Positions 63,882-64,000 of a stretch of 64,000 nucleotides of DNA are shown piece after piece; the stretch's first letter is position 1, and the number at the start of each line of letters is the position of its first letter. The notes under the pieces are model-generated. The model did not search any database. It was not told the DNA's origin and saw only the letters and a list, made by a program, of their open reading frames with translations. This DNA comes from a virus, in IMG/VR virus record IMGVR_UViG_3300031576_000008, positions 41,994 to 105,993 of that record; one strand, 5' to 3'. The position numbers were made by a program, and so were the translations under genes.

Positions 63882-64000
63882 TCACTTACTCCGAATTCGC
63901 GCCGGATGGCGGCCTTCGCTTCGGCGTATAGAACTCGCGGCGCAACCTGCGGAGTCGCCACGATTACCGGGTAGATCGCATCGTCGGCAGCCTGACAGCA

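Noticed and set aside
1-64000. Genome-wide UGA reassignment (Trp or Gly)
   Set aside because: TGA acts as a normal stop in clear cases (dnaE ATGA overlap at 20208-20211, thyX, capsid candidate); the two read-through cases both fall in UxxC.

Overview
This window is a GC-rich bacterial virus genome segment. No tRNA, rRNA or CRISPR array was found; a Ser/Thr kinase weakly suggests a Planctomycetota-like host. Organisation: (i) 0.4-17 kb, leftward: Thg1-like 3'-5' polymerase, DUF932, a small GG-ending protein with a Cys partner, an IS110/Nop-domain (Tas-like) protein, primase-helicase, a wHTH protein and an intein-containing SF2 helicase. (ii) 17-26.9 kb, rightward replication/recombination block: DnaE fused to a family-4 UDG, ThyX, UvsY-like, gp32-like SSB, RecA, exonuclease, RuvC-like. 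(iii) 26.9-54.9 kb, leftward accessory arm: RadC, a PRTRC-like ubiquitin-conjugation operon (Ubl, E1, JAB, two E2), a retron-type RT, M16 peptidase, kinase and many Cys-rich ORFs. (iv) 54.9-64 kb, rightward putative virion block: coiled-coil protein, intein-split transglutaminase-like Cys enzyme, Com-like regulator, Arg/Lys-rich protein, a candidate jelly-roll capsid gene split by a group I intron, and two free-standing homing endonucleases. Main finding: the ~1 kb between the RT and the ubiquitin-like operon resolves into a tandem array of at least four retron-like (msr-msd) ncRNA units. They differ in sequence but share architecture: a 9-bp closing inverted repeat, a G opposite G at its base, short hairpins, a UGG...UGAAG motif and a variable template region. 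This suggests one RT serving several templates. Also notable: two UGA-containing UxxC selenoprotein candidates missed by the ORF track, a possible single TIGR-like guide unit, an Ala1/Gln-terminal intein, a repeated intergenic twin hairpin, and a second ~1 kb structured non-coding region. All assignments come from reading motifs by eye; no database search or folding program was run.
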